Shown here in pieces: positions 36,642 through 47,033 of a DNA stretch of 64,000 bases. The notes under the pieces are model-generated. The model was given only the letters and a program-made list of their open reading frames with translations, ran no database searches and had not been told where the DNA came from. The DNA is from Ignavibacteriota bacterium. GTDB lineage: Bacteria; Bacteroidota; Ignavibacteria; Palsa-1295. The stretch covers positions 288,001 through 352,000 of the forward strand of contig CAWBEI010000004.1 in NCBI GenBank assembly GCA_963787835.1, in the 5' to 3' direction. The position numbers and the translations under genes were made by a program. Every line of letters starts with the position of its first letter. Within the stretch, counting starts at the first letter, position 1.

Positions 36642-36788
36642 TTAAAACTTAACGTAGTTATGACGAACAATAAAGCAGATTGTTCCGATTGCACGAAAAG
36701 CATCAAATTTGGGCGAATTCGGGCTGGCTAAACGGGATTTCTTACCCATCCGAATTGGTTTAATTTATTCTATATTTCGTTCCAAATT

Positions 36789-38519
36789 ATGTACATTCAG
36801 CGATCATTTCGATTTGTCCTTTTGGTGTCGTTTGCCATAACAATTGCCATTTTCAGCCCGAAGGTGTCATTTTCCCAAAATTCAGAGCAACCAGATCCAG
36901 GATCAGGGATGGTAAAGGTGCATCCTGTGGCTCCTCCGGCGGTTATTTCTCAGGCGCCTTCCGTCATTCAGCGTACTAATGGTTCGTCCGAAAAGCCGCT
37001 TCTCATCGTCCCGTTCAACTGTGGAAATCCGACGAACGAGGAGCAATATCAACTTGAGCTTATCAATCGCGCGCGGGCCAATCCGGACTCCGAAGGAATT
37101 CGGATCGCTACGGATACCACGGCTCAGGTCGTGTTCGATTTCAGTTATTTTGCGATGCAGCCCGGTTATTATGCACCAAGCCCGAGCGAGGTTGATTCTG
37201 CCTTTGCAACCTATCCTGCCCGCCCACCGATGGCATTTAATGCCGATCTTTGCAGAGCTGCTCGTGGTCACGATACGGTCATGCTCTCAATCAATGCCCA
37301 ATATCATTATATCGATACCAGCATGTATGGTCAGATCGATGGCGGTGCCGGTGGGCCACAGACTCGCATCGATTCTGCGGGTTATGCCAACTGGACGAAC
37401 TGGGGCGAGAATGTGTATGACTATGGAAACGGCATGGATGATATTCTTGCGGCATTTCTCGTCGATTGGGGAAATCCCGATCTTGGGCACCGTCACAATA
37501 TCATGAATTTCGATACCACCGATGCGATCTATAATGAAATCGGTATTGCCATTCTTCACGGAAGCGACCCCGGTGGGGTGGGGCCCATTCTCATCACGGA
37601 GGATTTCGGCCGGCGAGCGACCGATCCAACGCTGCAGACGCCCTATACTTATGTGCTCGGTGTCGTTTATACCGATTCGAATAAGAACGGATTCTATGAC
37701 ATCGGCGAAGGGGATTCCGGTGTTACGATCACTCTTGCACACAGCTCCAATTATTATGCGATAACCACAGCTTCCGGTGGTTATGCGATTCCCTATACCG
37801 CAGGAAAAACCTCTGACACCTGCACGGTCACTGCGTCCGGGGGGCCATTCAAGACTCCGGTTTCTAAGGTCGTGGTGCTTGAAGGCGAGAATTTAAAAGT
37901 AGATTTTATCGTTCCTATTACCGTTCCGCAGATGCCGCCGAGCAAAGTGACGCTTCTAACTCCTGCTAATGGAACTACGGTGAAAGATACGGTGACCTTT
38001 ACCTGGGGTGCTTCTGCACCAGCCGTTACGAATTATATTCTGTTAGTTTATAATAGCGCGAGTTTAACGAAGCCTTATGTGATCAATGATACCATTGGCG
38101 GCACTTTCACGAGTGACACTGCTTCCCAGTTCAGGCTTGCCCCGAATACCACCTATTATTGGGGTGTGCAGGCTCAAAACGATGGCGGAATGAGCGCTAT
38201 TAGTACCATTTGGAAGTTTACTACACCTGCCACGGCTTCTGTTGCTCAGCCGGTTTCCGCGCAGAGTGCGACGTTCATTTCCCCAAATCCTTCCTCTGGT
38301 TCTGTTCATATTCAGTTCACGCTTGCATCATCCGAGGATGTTTCTCTGCGTGTGTTTAACGCATTGGGAGAGCAAGTGCGATCGGTAGATCTGGGGCATC
38401 TTTCCGAAGGCCCGAATGAATATATTTTGGATGGTTCAGCGCTCCTGGCGGCAAGCTATGTGTGCCAGCTGCGCATGGGAGATCAGATCGAAAACACGAG
38501 AATGGTGATCCTCAAGTAG
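36789..38519 (+). CDS. Secreted CAP/SCP-domain protein with Ig/Fn3-like domains and T9SS C-terminal domain
   Basis: EQYQLELINRARANP, AARGH, WGENV, GHRHNIM, EIGI, TEDFG; C-terminal SPNPSSG...VFNALGEQV. Confidence 0.88.
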   Translation: MYIQRSFRFVLLVSFAITIAIFSPKVSFSQNSEQPDPGSGMVKVHPVAPPAVISQAPSVIQRTNGSSEKPLLIVPFNCGNPTNEEQYQLELINRARANPDSEGIRIATDTTAQVVFDFSYFAMQPGYYAPSPSEVDSAFATYPARPPMAFNADLCRAARGHDTVMLSINAQYHYIDTSMYGQIDGGAGGPQTRIDSAGYANWTNWGENVYDYGNGMDDILAAFLVDWGNPDLGHRHNIMNFDTTDAIYNEIGIAILHGSDPGGVGPILITEDFGRRATDPTLQTPYTYVLGVVYTDSNKNGFYDIGEGDSGVTITLAHSSNYYAITTASGGYAIPYTAGKTSDTCTVTASGGPFKTPVSKVVVLEGENLKVDFIVPITVPQMPPSKVTLLTPANGTTVKDTVTFTWGASAPAVTNYILLVYNSASLTKPYVINDTIGGTFTSDTASQFRLAPNTTYYWGVQAQNDGGMSAISTIWKFTTPATASVAQPVSAQSATFISPNPSSGSVHIQFTLASSEDVSLRVFNALGEQVRSVDLGHLSEGPNEYILDGSALLAASYVCQLRMGDQIENTRMVILK

Positions 38520-38588
38520 CGTCGCAACAATCATCGCCAGTGCGCGATGGTAACAAAAGCTGCGGAATGGAGTTATTATTATAAAGCA

Positions 38589-39206
38589 ATGATGAACAGC
38601 AGACCCATTCCAATTCTTTTGAGTGCTTATGCGCTTGTTTGCGTATATCTGCTGGCTATGAGCGGGTGTGCAACGGCACCGGACTCCCTTGGACCGCTTG
38701 TCTATACTCAACAATATTCCGGGAATATTTCCACGATCCCCTGGCCGGTTGGCGCGGCGCGGGCAAGCCTGACGGATACGTACGCCCCAGATTTTCGCTG
38801 GCATCGAAGCGATGGCACGCTGGATAGTATTCGAGGGCACCTCGGTCAGGTGGTTCTCGTCAACTTTTGGGCTACGTGGTGCGGGCCATGCAAATCGGAG
38901 ATGCCTGCTATTCAATCGGCTGTGACAGAAATGGGGGACAGCATTTTCGTGATTGGTGTATCGGTCGATGATCCGGGCAATCCTTTTACAACGGTGCAGA
39001 GCTATGTGAAAGGAAATGGATACTCCTATCAATTCGCTATTGATTCTGATTGGACTCTGTACGAACAATATTTCCCAAACGAGAGCGGAGCGATCCCCCA
39101 AACATGCTTCATCGATAAAAATGGGAAGCTTCCCTTTACGGTAACCGGCGCTATGGGCGATGAGCCGACCGTCCTCTACTATGCCCGGAAAGCCTTGCAG
39201 GAATAA
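38589..39206 (+). CDS. TlpA-family thiol-disulfide oxidoreductase lipoprotein
   Basis: Lipobox MSG-C; VNFWATWCGPCKSEMP; cis-Pro IPQT. Confidence 0.92.
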   Translation: MMNSRPIPILLSAYALVCVYLLAMSGCATAPDSLGPLVYTQQYSGNISTIPWPVGAARASLTDTYAPDFRWHRSDGTLDSIRGHLGQVVLVNFWATWCGPCKSEMPAIQSAVTEMGDSIFVIGVSVDDPGNPFTTVQSYVKGNGYSYQFAIDSDWTLYEQYFPNESGAIPQTCFIDKNGKLPFTVTGAMGDEPTVLYYARKALQE

Positions 39207-39221
39207 GGCCCACAACTCCTG

Positions 39222-42200
39222 CTACCGAATGATAACAAAACTTCCCGTCGAGACGCCCGTTCCACCATCGATCGGATACAGGCGATAGTTATATGCTCCA
39301 CTCGCAGCCTCTAAGTCTGTGATCGTGTAGGTTACTGCGCCAGCCTGAGAAACGCTATTCGTTCCAGAATAGACCACGGAGCCAGTTTCATTCATGATCT
39401 CGATCTTCACGGTAACAGCTCTCAATGCCGTGAACGGTATTGTGACAGGAGATCCCGCTGAAACGGGATTCGGATAGACGTTCCCGCCGGTTGGGACGAT
39501 GCCTTCACCAATGGACCAGTTCGCGCCATACCGAAGGAAATTATAGAGATCCGTATCGCCGCACACGAACTGCAAACCGATGGTTCCGGTATCGACGGTG
39601 GCACCAAGCAGGCATTTATTGAAATTGCTATTGCCGTCGTTGAGCACTACACTTGCAACATGGAAATCGGTGCTGAGAGAATCCGATAGCATGATCTCGA
39701 ACTGTAGGTTCAGAATTGGCGTAGCCGAATCGAAGGTCATGTTCGTTCCATTGATCGTGATGGGCAAATTGCGGAGCTTCGGAGTGATGCTCAATTCCTG
39801 GCCCACGCTGGGCGGCAACGCGCCAGACATTGCCGACGTGGCGCCCATAGTGTTGAATGGAACCATGATGTCTCCATTATAGGAAAGAACGATCTGTATG
39901 GTGCTCAGTCCTTTGCCGTCGTATTTCGAGCTTGGGATTACGGTAAGCGTAGTCGTATCGCCGGGAACTACTTTCAAGTTGGATGCGATGGCACTCAATT
40001 TTATCGTATCGGTAGGCGTGGCATAGCCGGCAAGGGGTATCTGGCGGCTACGCGCAGAATCCGCATCGGTCACGACGGTCAGGGTGTCGGCTGCCCGCCC
40101 GCTTGTTACAGGCAGATACCGAACGGTGACGTAAAACGTGTCATGCGGATTGATAATGAACGGCGTTTTCGGTGGATCAACGATCACGAAATCTGAACCG
40201 GCGATCGAGATCGCAGAATCATGAATGGTATCGCATCCCAAATTCACAATGGGCAAAAGGGAATCCTTTTGATCGCAGAAGAGAATGGTGTCGTAATTCT
40301 GCACGAGATCGGAGATGGAAAGAGTACGAGTTCCCGGCTCTACAAAGACCGTAAAGGGAATAAGGCTAACGAGCGTACCATTGCTGCCCTTCACGCTATC
40401 GCGGATGCGCAGATAGCCGGTATAACTTCCTGCGATGGCCGGCAGTGCTTCGATCCCTTGAACGATGGGAGTATCCGTTTGAGTCACCCATTGGAACAGA
40501 TCCTTTTTCCAGATGAATTGATTCGCTGGCGGCGAACTCTTCATGGTAGAATCGAGCCATTCGACGGACACGAACAGGGAATCACAGCCTTGCTCCTGAA
40601 TCGTGAACGTGAAGGAAGAATCCTGGCAGCGCGTGATGGTATCGAAATTGATCTCGCTCGGCAGAGGGTTGCCAAAGCGATCGGCAAGGATTAACTTCGG
40701 ATCGTTCGGTTTTCCTATTCCAGTGATCGGGTAACTCACCCTCACTGACTTTCCGAGCACAAGGAGGTTAAGCACCAGAGAATCGACGACCGTTCCAACT
40801 TGTGTTGGCTGGAAATGGATGGGAAAAGTTTTCGACGAAAATGCGGGAATGGAATCATTCTTATACGTAGTATCCAGTGTAAAACTGGTGCCGTATTTCA
40901 ATTGTGAGCTGACGAGCTGCACGCTAAAGCAGCTATCGTTAGCTATTTCGAGCGTGCTGTTGGCGCTGGAGCAAAGCGATGTCGAGTCGTAGATCGCACT
41001 GGCTGCCACACGCAGCGGATCATAAAAGCGCAAGGCTGAGAGGATCGTAACAGTATCATAAGTTAGGAATCCCGCCCGTTCCACTTCCAGAAATAGTTTT
41101 GTTTGATACGGGCCCGTTACCGAGGAATTGAGTTCCAGTTTGAGACCGCCGCTATCGCCAGGTGGAATGACAATCGGAAAGACGGGAGGTAACCCTGTAG
41201 AGGAATCGAGAATCTCCAGCGAGGGAACTGCCGGAGCGCTGGCGCTCGTGATGAGAATGGTATCGCACCCAAGATCCTTGATATATACTGTGGTGTCGCG
41301 CGGGCTGCACACATCAATGGAATCCACATTCAGCACAGAGGCTTGTAACTTAAACTGCGGCAGGGAGCCATCGCCGCCATCGGTGGTTTTCCAGACATTA
41401 CCGTAATCATCGAATACATACATCACTTCCCCTCTGCATCCGGTAACGACAAAACGGGTGTCTTCGACATTACTCGGCCCTCCGATAGCTTCCCACGTCT
41501 TTCCGCTGTCTTTGGAGCGCCAAATTCCCGAATCCGGCCAGGCATGTTCAAGCCCTACCTGTGCAAAGAGTGTAAATCCGAATCCGGCGATGTGACCGGT
41601 CGTGCGAAAAGGAAGAAAAGTTCCATTGGTCCATGTTGCTCCCAAATCGGAAGAATGGCGAATGGGTGAAGGAATGTTTTCCGGATATTGTTCGCTTGCG
41701 GTAAAGAACCATGACGTGCCCTTTACTCCATACACAGTCCAGCTTTCATAATCATTTGTGGGCGCGAGGCTGCTCCACGTCATTCCACCATCGACGGATC
41801 GTGACCATACTTGCTCTTTATATCCGGTCGCAACGCCATGCAGATCATCGACAAAATCGATCCCATTCGTGATTGGTATCGCCGGCGAAAATGTAGCACC
41901 ATTATTAAGAGAGACATAACCGGAAGCGTTGGGCCAAAAATCGTTCCGGCATGATATAATAAGCGCATGTGAGGTCTGATAGACATCACTAAATTGTTCA
42001 TTGAGATTGACTGGGTTCCATGATGCACCTCCGTCGGTAGTTCGGTATAGCCCCGGATAAACTGCAGGATTTGGGCGCGGAGGTTCGCACGTCAGCCAGC
42101 CGTTGAGTGGATCCGTCATCAGGATTTGGGTGATGCCGCATGCGCCATTATAGGGATAGAACGGGTTGGGATGAAGTGGTAGCGGAGTATTCACCCAGGT

Positions 42201-42437
42201 TTTTCCACCATCGGTGGTCTTAAAAACTCCATCCGTTATCGGGCCTGCGACAAATCCTACGGATTCGTTGAAAAAAAAGCAGGCCGTGAATGGATTGCCA
42301 TTTGGCATTGTGAAAATGATCTGCCAGGTTGCGCGGACGGGTGAAATGTTAAGGAAAAAAGCACACCACACCACCAGCCCAACAGATAGTATCTGTGGGC
42401 AAAAAAATCGATCTCTGAATCGGTACAGGGCCCTCAT
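39222..42437 (-). CDS. Large secreted YCF48/BNR propeller + tandem Ig-like (ASH) + cohesin-like + T9SS C-terminal domain protein
   Basis: KTTDGGKTW repeats; repeated NLGCDTI/DLGCDTI Ig-like units; YPNPVS...SGAYNY C-terminus. Confidence 0.85.
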   Translation of the reverse strand: MRALYRFRDRFFCPQILSVGLVVWCAFFLNISPVRATWQIIFTMPNGNPFTACFFFNESVGFVAGPITDGVFKTTDGGKTWVNTPLPLHPNPFYPYNGACGITQILMTDPLNGWLTCEPPRPNPAVYPGLYRTTDGGASWNPVNLNEQFSDVYQTSHALIISCRNDFWPNASGYVSLNNGATFSPAIPITNGIDFVDDLHGVATGYKEQVWSRSVDGGMTWSSLAPTNDYESWTVYGVKGTSWFFTASEQYPENIPSPIRHSSDLGATWTNGTFLPFRTTGHIAGFGFTLFAQVGLEHAWPDSGIWRSKDSGKTWEAIGGPSNVEDTRFVVTGCRGEVMYVFDDYGNVWKTTDGGDGSLPQFKLQASVLNVDSIDVCSPRDTTVYIKDLGCDTILITSASAPAVPSLEILDSSTGLPPVFPIVIPPGDSGGLKLELNSSVTGPYQTKLFLEVERAGFLTYDTVTILSALRFYDPLRVAASAIYDSTSLCSSANSTLEIANDSCFSVQLVSSQLKYGTSFTLDTTYKNDSIPAFSSKTFPIHFQPTQVGTVVDSLVLNLLVLGKSVRVSYPITGIGKPNDPKLILADRFGNPLPSEINFDTITRCQDSSFTFTIQEQGCDSLFVSVEWLDSTMKSSPPANQFIWKKDLFQWVTQTDTPIVQGIEALPAIAGSYTGYLRIRDSVKGSNGTLVSLIPFTVFVEPGTRTLSISDLVQNYDTILFCDQKDSLLPIVNLGCDTIHDSAISIAGSDFVIVDPPKTPFIINPHDTFYVTVRYLPVTSGRAADTLTVVTDADSARSRQIPLAGYATPTDTIKLSAIASNLKVVPGDTTTLTVIPSSKYDGKGLSTIQIVLSYNGDIMVPFNTMGATSAMSGALPPSVGQELSITPKLRNLPITINGTNMTFDSATPILNLQFEIMLSDSLSTDFHVASVVLNDGNSNFNKCLLGATVDTGTIGLQFVCGDTDLYNFLRYGANWSIGEGIVPTGGNVYPNPVSAGSPVTIPFTALRAVTVKIEIMNETGSVVYSGTNSVSQAGAVTYTITDLEAASGAYNYRLYPIDGGTGVSTGSFVIIR

Positions 42438-42524
42438 TTCTTCCTGGATGCCACTATGGAATATAACTCCCGAGGAGGAATAAGCTCACAAGAAAAACTT
42501 ATACGTGGGTTTACAAGTGTGAAT

Positions 42525-42617
42525 GAAGTATGGTTCGGCTTGAGTATAGAAGTATGGTTCGGCATGAGCGTAATTGAATCTTCCAAAGGCATGTGATTGA
42601 ATCTTCTCAGGAGGCAT
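42525..42617. repeat. Two adjacent pairs of direct repeats
   Basis: GAAGTATGGTTCGGC(T/A)TGAG at 42525 and 42549; ATTGAATCTTC...AGGCAT at 42573 and 42596. Confidence 0.75.
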
Positions 42618-42656
42618 TGGGTTTAGGTGCCCCAATTATAAAACACATTCCGCAGC

Positions 42657-43809
42657 ATGAGCGAAATTACTACGACCCAAATTGCCGATCTACGAGGGCG
42701 CCTTGCAGAGCTTGGCGACTCTCTTTGACCTCGCTCTAAAAGAGCGCCGGATCGAGCAGCTCGAAAACGAATCTGGCCAGCCCGAATTCTGGAACGACCC
42801 CAAAAAAGCCCAGCAATCCATGCAAGTCCTCTCCCGCTTAAAAAAGGAGCGGGATGATTTCCAAAAGCTTCGCTCACGCTTGGACGATGCCGAAGAACTC
42901 TTCGAGATCGCCCGTGAGGATGAATCCCTTGCAGGACAAGTTGCCGAAGAATTTCAGCGCCTTACCGATGAACTTACCGCGCAGGAAGTGGCCGTCATGC
43001 TCAGCAAGCCGGACGATCACAAGGATGCGATCTTGACCATCAATGCGGGTCAGGGCGGCACGGAAGCATGCGATTGGGCGGAAATGCTCGAACGCATGTA
43101 CACCCGCTGGGGCGAACGCAATGGATATAAAGTCCGGATGCTGGATGAACAGCCGGGAGATAGCGCAGGTATTAAATCCGCTACTCTGGAATTCAATGGC
43201 GAGAATGCCTTTGGCTATTTGAAGACCGAAAATGGTGTGCATCGCCTTGTGCGCATTTCGCCGTACGATGCGAACGCTCGCCGCCACACAAGCTTTGCGA
43301 GCGTCTATGCCTATCCGGTGATCGAGGAGGATAACACCGAGATCGTGCTCAATCCGGCTCTGTTGCAGCGCGATACGTACCGTTCCGGCGGTAAAGGCGG
43401 ACAGAATGTCAACAAAGTGGAAACAGCCGTTCGCCTTACCTATAAATATACGGATGCTCAGGGTGGCGAGCACACCGTGATCGCGGCATGTCAGGAGGAA
43501 CGCTCGCAATTCCAAAATGGCGAGCGTGCTATGAAGATGCTAAAATCCCGCATTGCTGCCATCGACCGGGAAATGGAAGAAGCGCGATTGAACGCCATCG
43601 AAGGATCGAAGAAAAAGATCACCTGGGGTTCCCAAATTCGGTCGTATGTGTTCCAGCCTTACACGATGGTAAAGGATCACCGCACCAAGGTTGGAAAAAC
43701 CGATGTGCAAGCCGTGATGGATGGCGACATCACCGATTTCATGAAGGCCTACCTGCTCTACGAAGGCGGCAAGCTGAAAGTCAGCGACGCAGCGGAAGAG
43801 GAGTTGTAG
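42657..43809 (+). CDS. prfB: Peptide chain release factor 2 (programmed +1 frameshift)
   Basis: ATG 42657 gives MSEITTTQIADLRGRLAELGDSL, then CTT TGA C at 42723-42729; the +1 frame continues DLALKERRI...GGTEACDWA, VHRLVRISPYD, SGGKGGQNVNK, WGSQIRSYV. Confidence 0.97.
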
Positions 43810-43811
43810 CT

Positions 43812-43856
43812 CCCCCTCCTATGAGCTTGCGAATAGGATGGGGCTGGGGGGTGGTC
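43812..43856. repeat. CCCCTCCT...AGGA(T)GGGG-GGGGGTGGTC palindromic element
   Basis: Hairpin plus G-rich tail immediately after the prfB stop; related copy at 61756-61790. Confidence 0.65.
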
Positions 43857-43899
43857 GATGAGGAACTGCTGCAGTATGTCCAGTCGTTAATTTCAATAT

Positions 43900-44124
43900 A
43901 TGCCACCAAATTTGACCGCTGTTTTTCAGAAAGTCCCGGAGGGCTACATCGGCTTCGTCGAGGAACTTCCTGGAGCGAATACCCAGGGTGCGACACTCGA
44001 AGAAGTACGCCGAAACTTGCGCGAGGCTATTGGGCTTGTGCTTCAGGCGAATAAAGAGCTTGCAGAGGAATCTATCCTTGGGTTCGACGTAATTCGTGAG
44101 CCAATTGCCGCTTCATTCGCTTGA
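43900..44124 (+). CDS. hicB: HicB-family antitoxin (short form)
   Basis: GYIGFVEELPGANTQGATLEEVRRNLREAI. Confidence 0.92.
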   Translation: MPPNLTAVFQKVPEGYIGFVEELPGANTQGATLEEVRRNLREAIGLVLQANKELAEESILGFDVIREPIAASFA

Positions 44125-44315
44125 AGAGGAAAGAGCTTCTCCGTCATCTTGACGCGAACGGTTGCCAGTTTCTGCGGGAGGGCGGTAACCATTCGGTGTA
44201 TGTCAATCGAGAAGCTCGCGCATCGTCTTCGATCCCTCGTCATACGGAAATAAATGATTTGTTGGTCCGCAAAATTTGCAAAGATCTTAACGTTCCGCCA
44301 CCTCGAAAAACATAG
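44121..44315 (+). CDS. hicA: HicA-family toxin
   Basis: MKRKELLRHL..GC..LREGGNHSVY...IPRHTEI..L..KICKDL; TTGA overlap with hicB. Confidence 0.93.
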   Translation: MKRKELLRHLDANGCQFLREGGNHSVYVNREARASSSIPRHTEINDLLVRKICKDLNVPPPRKT

Positions 44316-44350
44316 CGAAGAATATCCCACCCCCCGGAGAGATGAGTGAA

Positions 44351-45397
44351 TCATTCCTTCACCAATTTCACGGTTTGGGCTTCACCGTAGGTGGTTTGGA
44401 TACGAGCGAAGTAGGTGCCCGAGGGCAGACCTACAAGGGACATTGGAACCGATAGATTACCCGGCTCCGCTACGCCACCAAAACCTGCCGACGATACCTG
44501 ATGACCCAATACATCATACAGATTCACTGTGACATACGCCTCGCGAGTAATGCCAAACGAAATGACCGTTCCCTCCCCTGTGGGGTTGGGATATGCGCTT
44601 GCGTTTGAAATAATGCTTGGTGTATTGCTGCTAACGCCAAGCAAGCCGGCATATTTTAGCACACTATCTAATCCAAGCTGGTGCATGGTGTAGATGGTGG
44701 TGTCGAGTGGGTTTGTTGCAGTATCCTGCGTATCCAGCCACGCGCGTATTTGCGAGCCGCGACCGTTAGCATAGAATTCGGAATCATACGAACTATAGCA
44801 CAACGGATTGTGCTGTAGCCAATATAGAACAGACATAGCTTCATTCGTTGCGGTATTTTCTGCAGTCCAAGAAGTGTCGGTTGTGCCGAACGTTTGCATT
44901 ATTGCAAACACGTCTGAGCAGAAGTAGTCCGGACTATTTGTGTTCCAAGCAAGGGCGGAAATGAGCCATTGCCGAAAAGGCAGTAAGGCAGCAGGTAATG
45001 GACCCGCGCCTCCGTACGCCGCATCGCCCGCCAGATCACCAAATGCAAATGGTGCATGTGGGTCGGTTGGACACCGTTCCACGAAAGCCATCGAGGTATC
45101 AAAGGCTGATGTGTATTGACCAGAAGCCTGTAAAAGAGAGCTAACATTATAAGAATGTTGACATGAAGTATCCATTGGCACAGATAGAGTCTTCACTCCC
45201 TTAGGAACATTCACAGCAACCGAGACACTGCAATCAATTCCAGTTGGCTCGTCCTCTGTTGCCCGCGTATGGGTTGGAGAGGGACTGAATGTAATTCCCG
45301 GTACATTTATCTGGGAAGTCCCATTGTTCGATTGCGTTTGCAGAGATGCTGCAGTGCATAGCAACATCGTCAAGAAACCAACAGCAATTTTTTTCAT
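44351..45397 (-). CDS. Secreted protein with T9SS type A C-terminal domain
   Basis: Signal peptide; AYPNPTGEG...LYDVLGHQV...LPSGTYFARI...KLVKE. Confidence 0.85.
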   Translation of the reverse strand: MKKIAVGFLTMLLCTAASLQTQSNNGTSQINVPGITFSPSPTHTRATEDEPTGIDCSVSVAVNVPKGVKTLSVPMDTSCQHSYNVSSLLQASGQYTSAFDTSMAFVERCPTDPHAPFAFGDLAGDAAYGGAGPLPAALLPFRQWLISALAWNTNSPDYFCSDVFAIMQTFGTTDTSWTAENTATNEAMSVLYWLQHNPLCYSSYDSEFYANGRGSQIRAWLDTQDTATNPLDTTIYTMHQLGLDSVLKYAGLLGVSSNTPSIISNASAYPNPTGEGTVISFGITREAYVTVNLYDVLGHQVSSAGFGGVAEPGNLSVPMSLVGLPSGTYFARIQTTYGEAQTVKLVKE

Positions 45398-45526
45398 ACC
45401 CTAACAATTTATGATAATTCCCGGACCGGGGAACGCATGGCGGTAGGCTCGTAGGTGCGTCCGTCCCCGTTGGCGGTCATCCCCGTTTGAATATACATCT
45501 TAATAGCGATCCTAATTCCCCGGGAC

Positions 45527-45549
45527 GGACGTGCGCAGCACGTCCCTAC
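45527..45549 (-). repeat. GTAG-type REP hairpin
   Basis: Reverse complement GTAG-GGACGTGC-TGC-GCACGTCC. Confidence 0.7.
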
Positions 45550-45917
45550 GTTAGGAGAAATTCCGAATTTGGTGGCGTCTCGGAAAAGTGTCGTATATTA
45601 GGTGGTGAGATGATGGGCACCCTGTATCAATTAAGAAGTAAGAATTAGACCACGATTTACAGGATTCTCGGGATTAGGGAAGGATGGGGGAGTTCATTGA
45701 AAATTGATTTTGGCAATAGGTTTCGTTATGAACGAGTTCTCTGTGAAGGGACTTTTATGAATACTCGTTGGAACAAATGGCGAAATTGGCCCAGAAACGA
45801 GGGAGGAGCAAGGAATATCGGGAACTCAGCAAGAAAAAGAAATGGCACCTATTTCTTGGTGACAGCATGTTTGCCCTTTCTGAACCAATCTCACCCTCCG
45901 CTTTGTAAGCATAAGAG

Positions 45918-46826
45918 GTGGTAGATTATTTTCAGGTGTTTGGCGTGCAGCGGAATGCCTCCGATCGGGAGATCAAGGAGGCATATCGCGCGCTGGCCAA
46001 GAAATATCATCCGGATTCACACGCGAGCGATCCCGGAGCCGAACGCCAGATGCAGCAGATCAACGAGGCGAAAGCCGTCCTGTTCGATCCTGTTCGACGG
46101 GAGGAGCATCGCGCGGCGCTTCGTATGCGGGAGACGTTCTCTGCCGAGCATATCGAGGAACTTCGCAGAAATTCCCGATTTCAAGGCACGACGACCTACA
46201 AGCCTGCACCCGAACCCCGCCGCCCCAAAAGCAAGTGGGATAAACGGTGGAAGCAATATACAATAGGAATTATTGCGGGGATGGTCTTTTGCGCAATAGG
46301 CATTATTGCTTACGGGATCGTTTCTGCGCCACGCGCTTTCGAGGCCGATCCGATCAAGGATATGATCGAACGGTACCGAGCGCATCCGCCGAAGCCGGCG
46401 GCGGATAGCCTCGACGATATTCAGGACGCATTTGCGTTCCCGGTGGATAGCGTTCCGAAGCTTCGCCAACTGGGCGATGTGATGCTCGGAGCAGGGGAGT
46501 TCCGCTCGGCGTCGAGATTATATGAAGCATATCTGAAACAGGCGCCGCCGAACGACACAGTAGTCGGGGAACTTGCGCTGGCGCTGTTCCGGCAAGGGAA
46601 GTATATCGAGACGATGGAAACGGTCTCGGGCAAAATGCGCGTCGATTCCAATCGCGTTGCGGCGTATTACAAGATCGGGAAGCTTTTTCTCAACGAGGAT
46701 AAGCCTTTCGATGCGCGGGATGCCTTCCAGGCATCGGTTCACATTGCCGATAGCATGACACATGCCGGTCGGCGTCCTCCCGAGGACGCTAGCCGAGCGA
46801 GAGATGAACTCTCGCGGATCAATTAA
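45918..46826 (+). CDS. DnaJ-domain membrane protein with C-terminal TPRs
   Basis: DYFQVFGV...IKEAYRALAKKYHPD...INEAKAVLFDP; one TM helix; TPR-like helices. Confidence 0.88.
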   Translation: MVDYFQVFGVQRNASDREIKEAYRALAKKYHPDSHASDPGAERQMQQINEAKAVLFDPVRREEHRAALRMRETFSAEHIEELRRNSRFQGTTTYKPAPEPRRPKSKWDKRWKQYTIGIIAGMVFCAIGIIAYGIVSAPRAFEADPIKDMIERYRAHPPKPAADSLDDIQDAFAFPVDSVPKLRQLGDVMLGAGEFRSASRLYEAYLKQAPPNDTVVGELALALFRQGKYIETMETVSGKMRVDSNRVAAYYKIGKLFLNEDKPFDARDAFQASVHIADSMTHAGRRPPEDASRARDELSRIN

Positions 46827-46839
46827 TGTCTAAATCGGT

Positions 46840-47031
46840 ATGAATAAAATTATTCTCGTTCTTTCAATCTTAATTGCACTCGTCGGAATGGTATGGTTCG
46901 GTCAGGGCATCGGCCTGATCCACGGCAGCGTAATGACCGACGACAGCAAATGGGCTGTCATCGGCGGCATAATGATCGTGGTGGGCGTGGCAGGCTTCTG
47001 GTTTTCGAGAAGGAAAAATAGAAAAAATTGA
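46840..47031 (+). CDS. Small two-TM membrane protein
   Basis: GMVWFGQGIGLIHGSVMT...WAVIG. Confidence 0.8.
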   Translation: MNKIILVLSILIALVGMVWFGQGIGLIHGSVMTDDSKWAVIGGIMIVVGVAGFWFSRRKNRKN

Positions 47032-47033
47032 TT

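Noticed and set aside
36462-36788. glmS ribozyme upstream of glmS
   Set aside because: I found no AGCGCC cleavage-site core on the minus strand; the structure here is the TGTCA...TGACA repeat also present at 30373.
42525-42617. Mini CRISPR array
   Set aside because: Only two copies of each repeat, spacers far too short, and no cas genes.
42682-42728. ORF-track N-terminus MPIYEGALQSLATLF for RF2
   Set aside because: Artefact of the programmed frameshift; the real start is ATG 42657 in the upstream frame.
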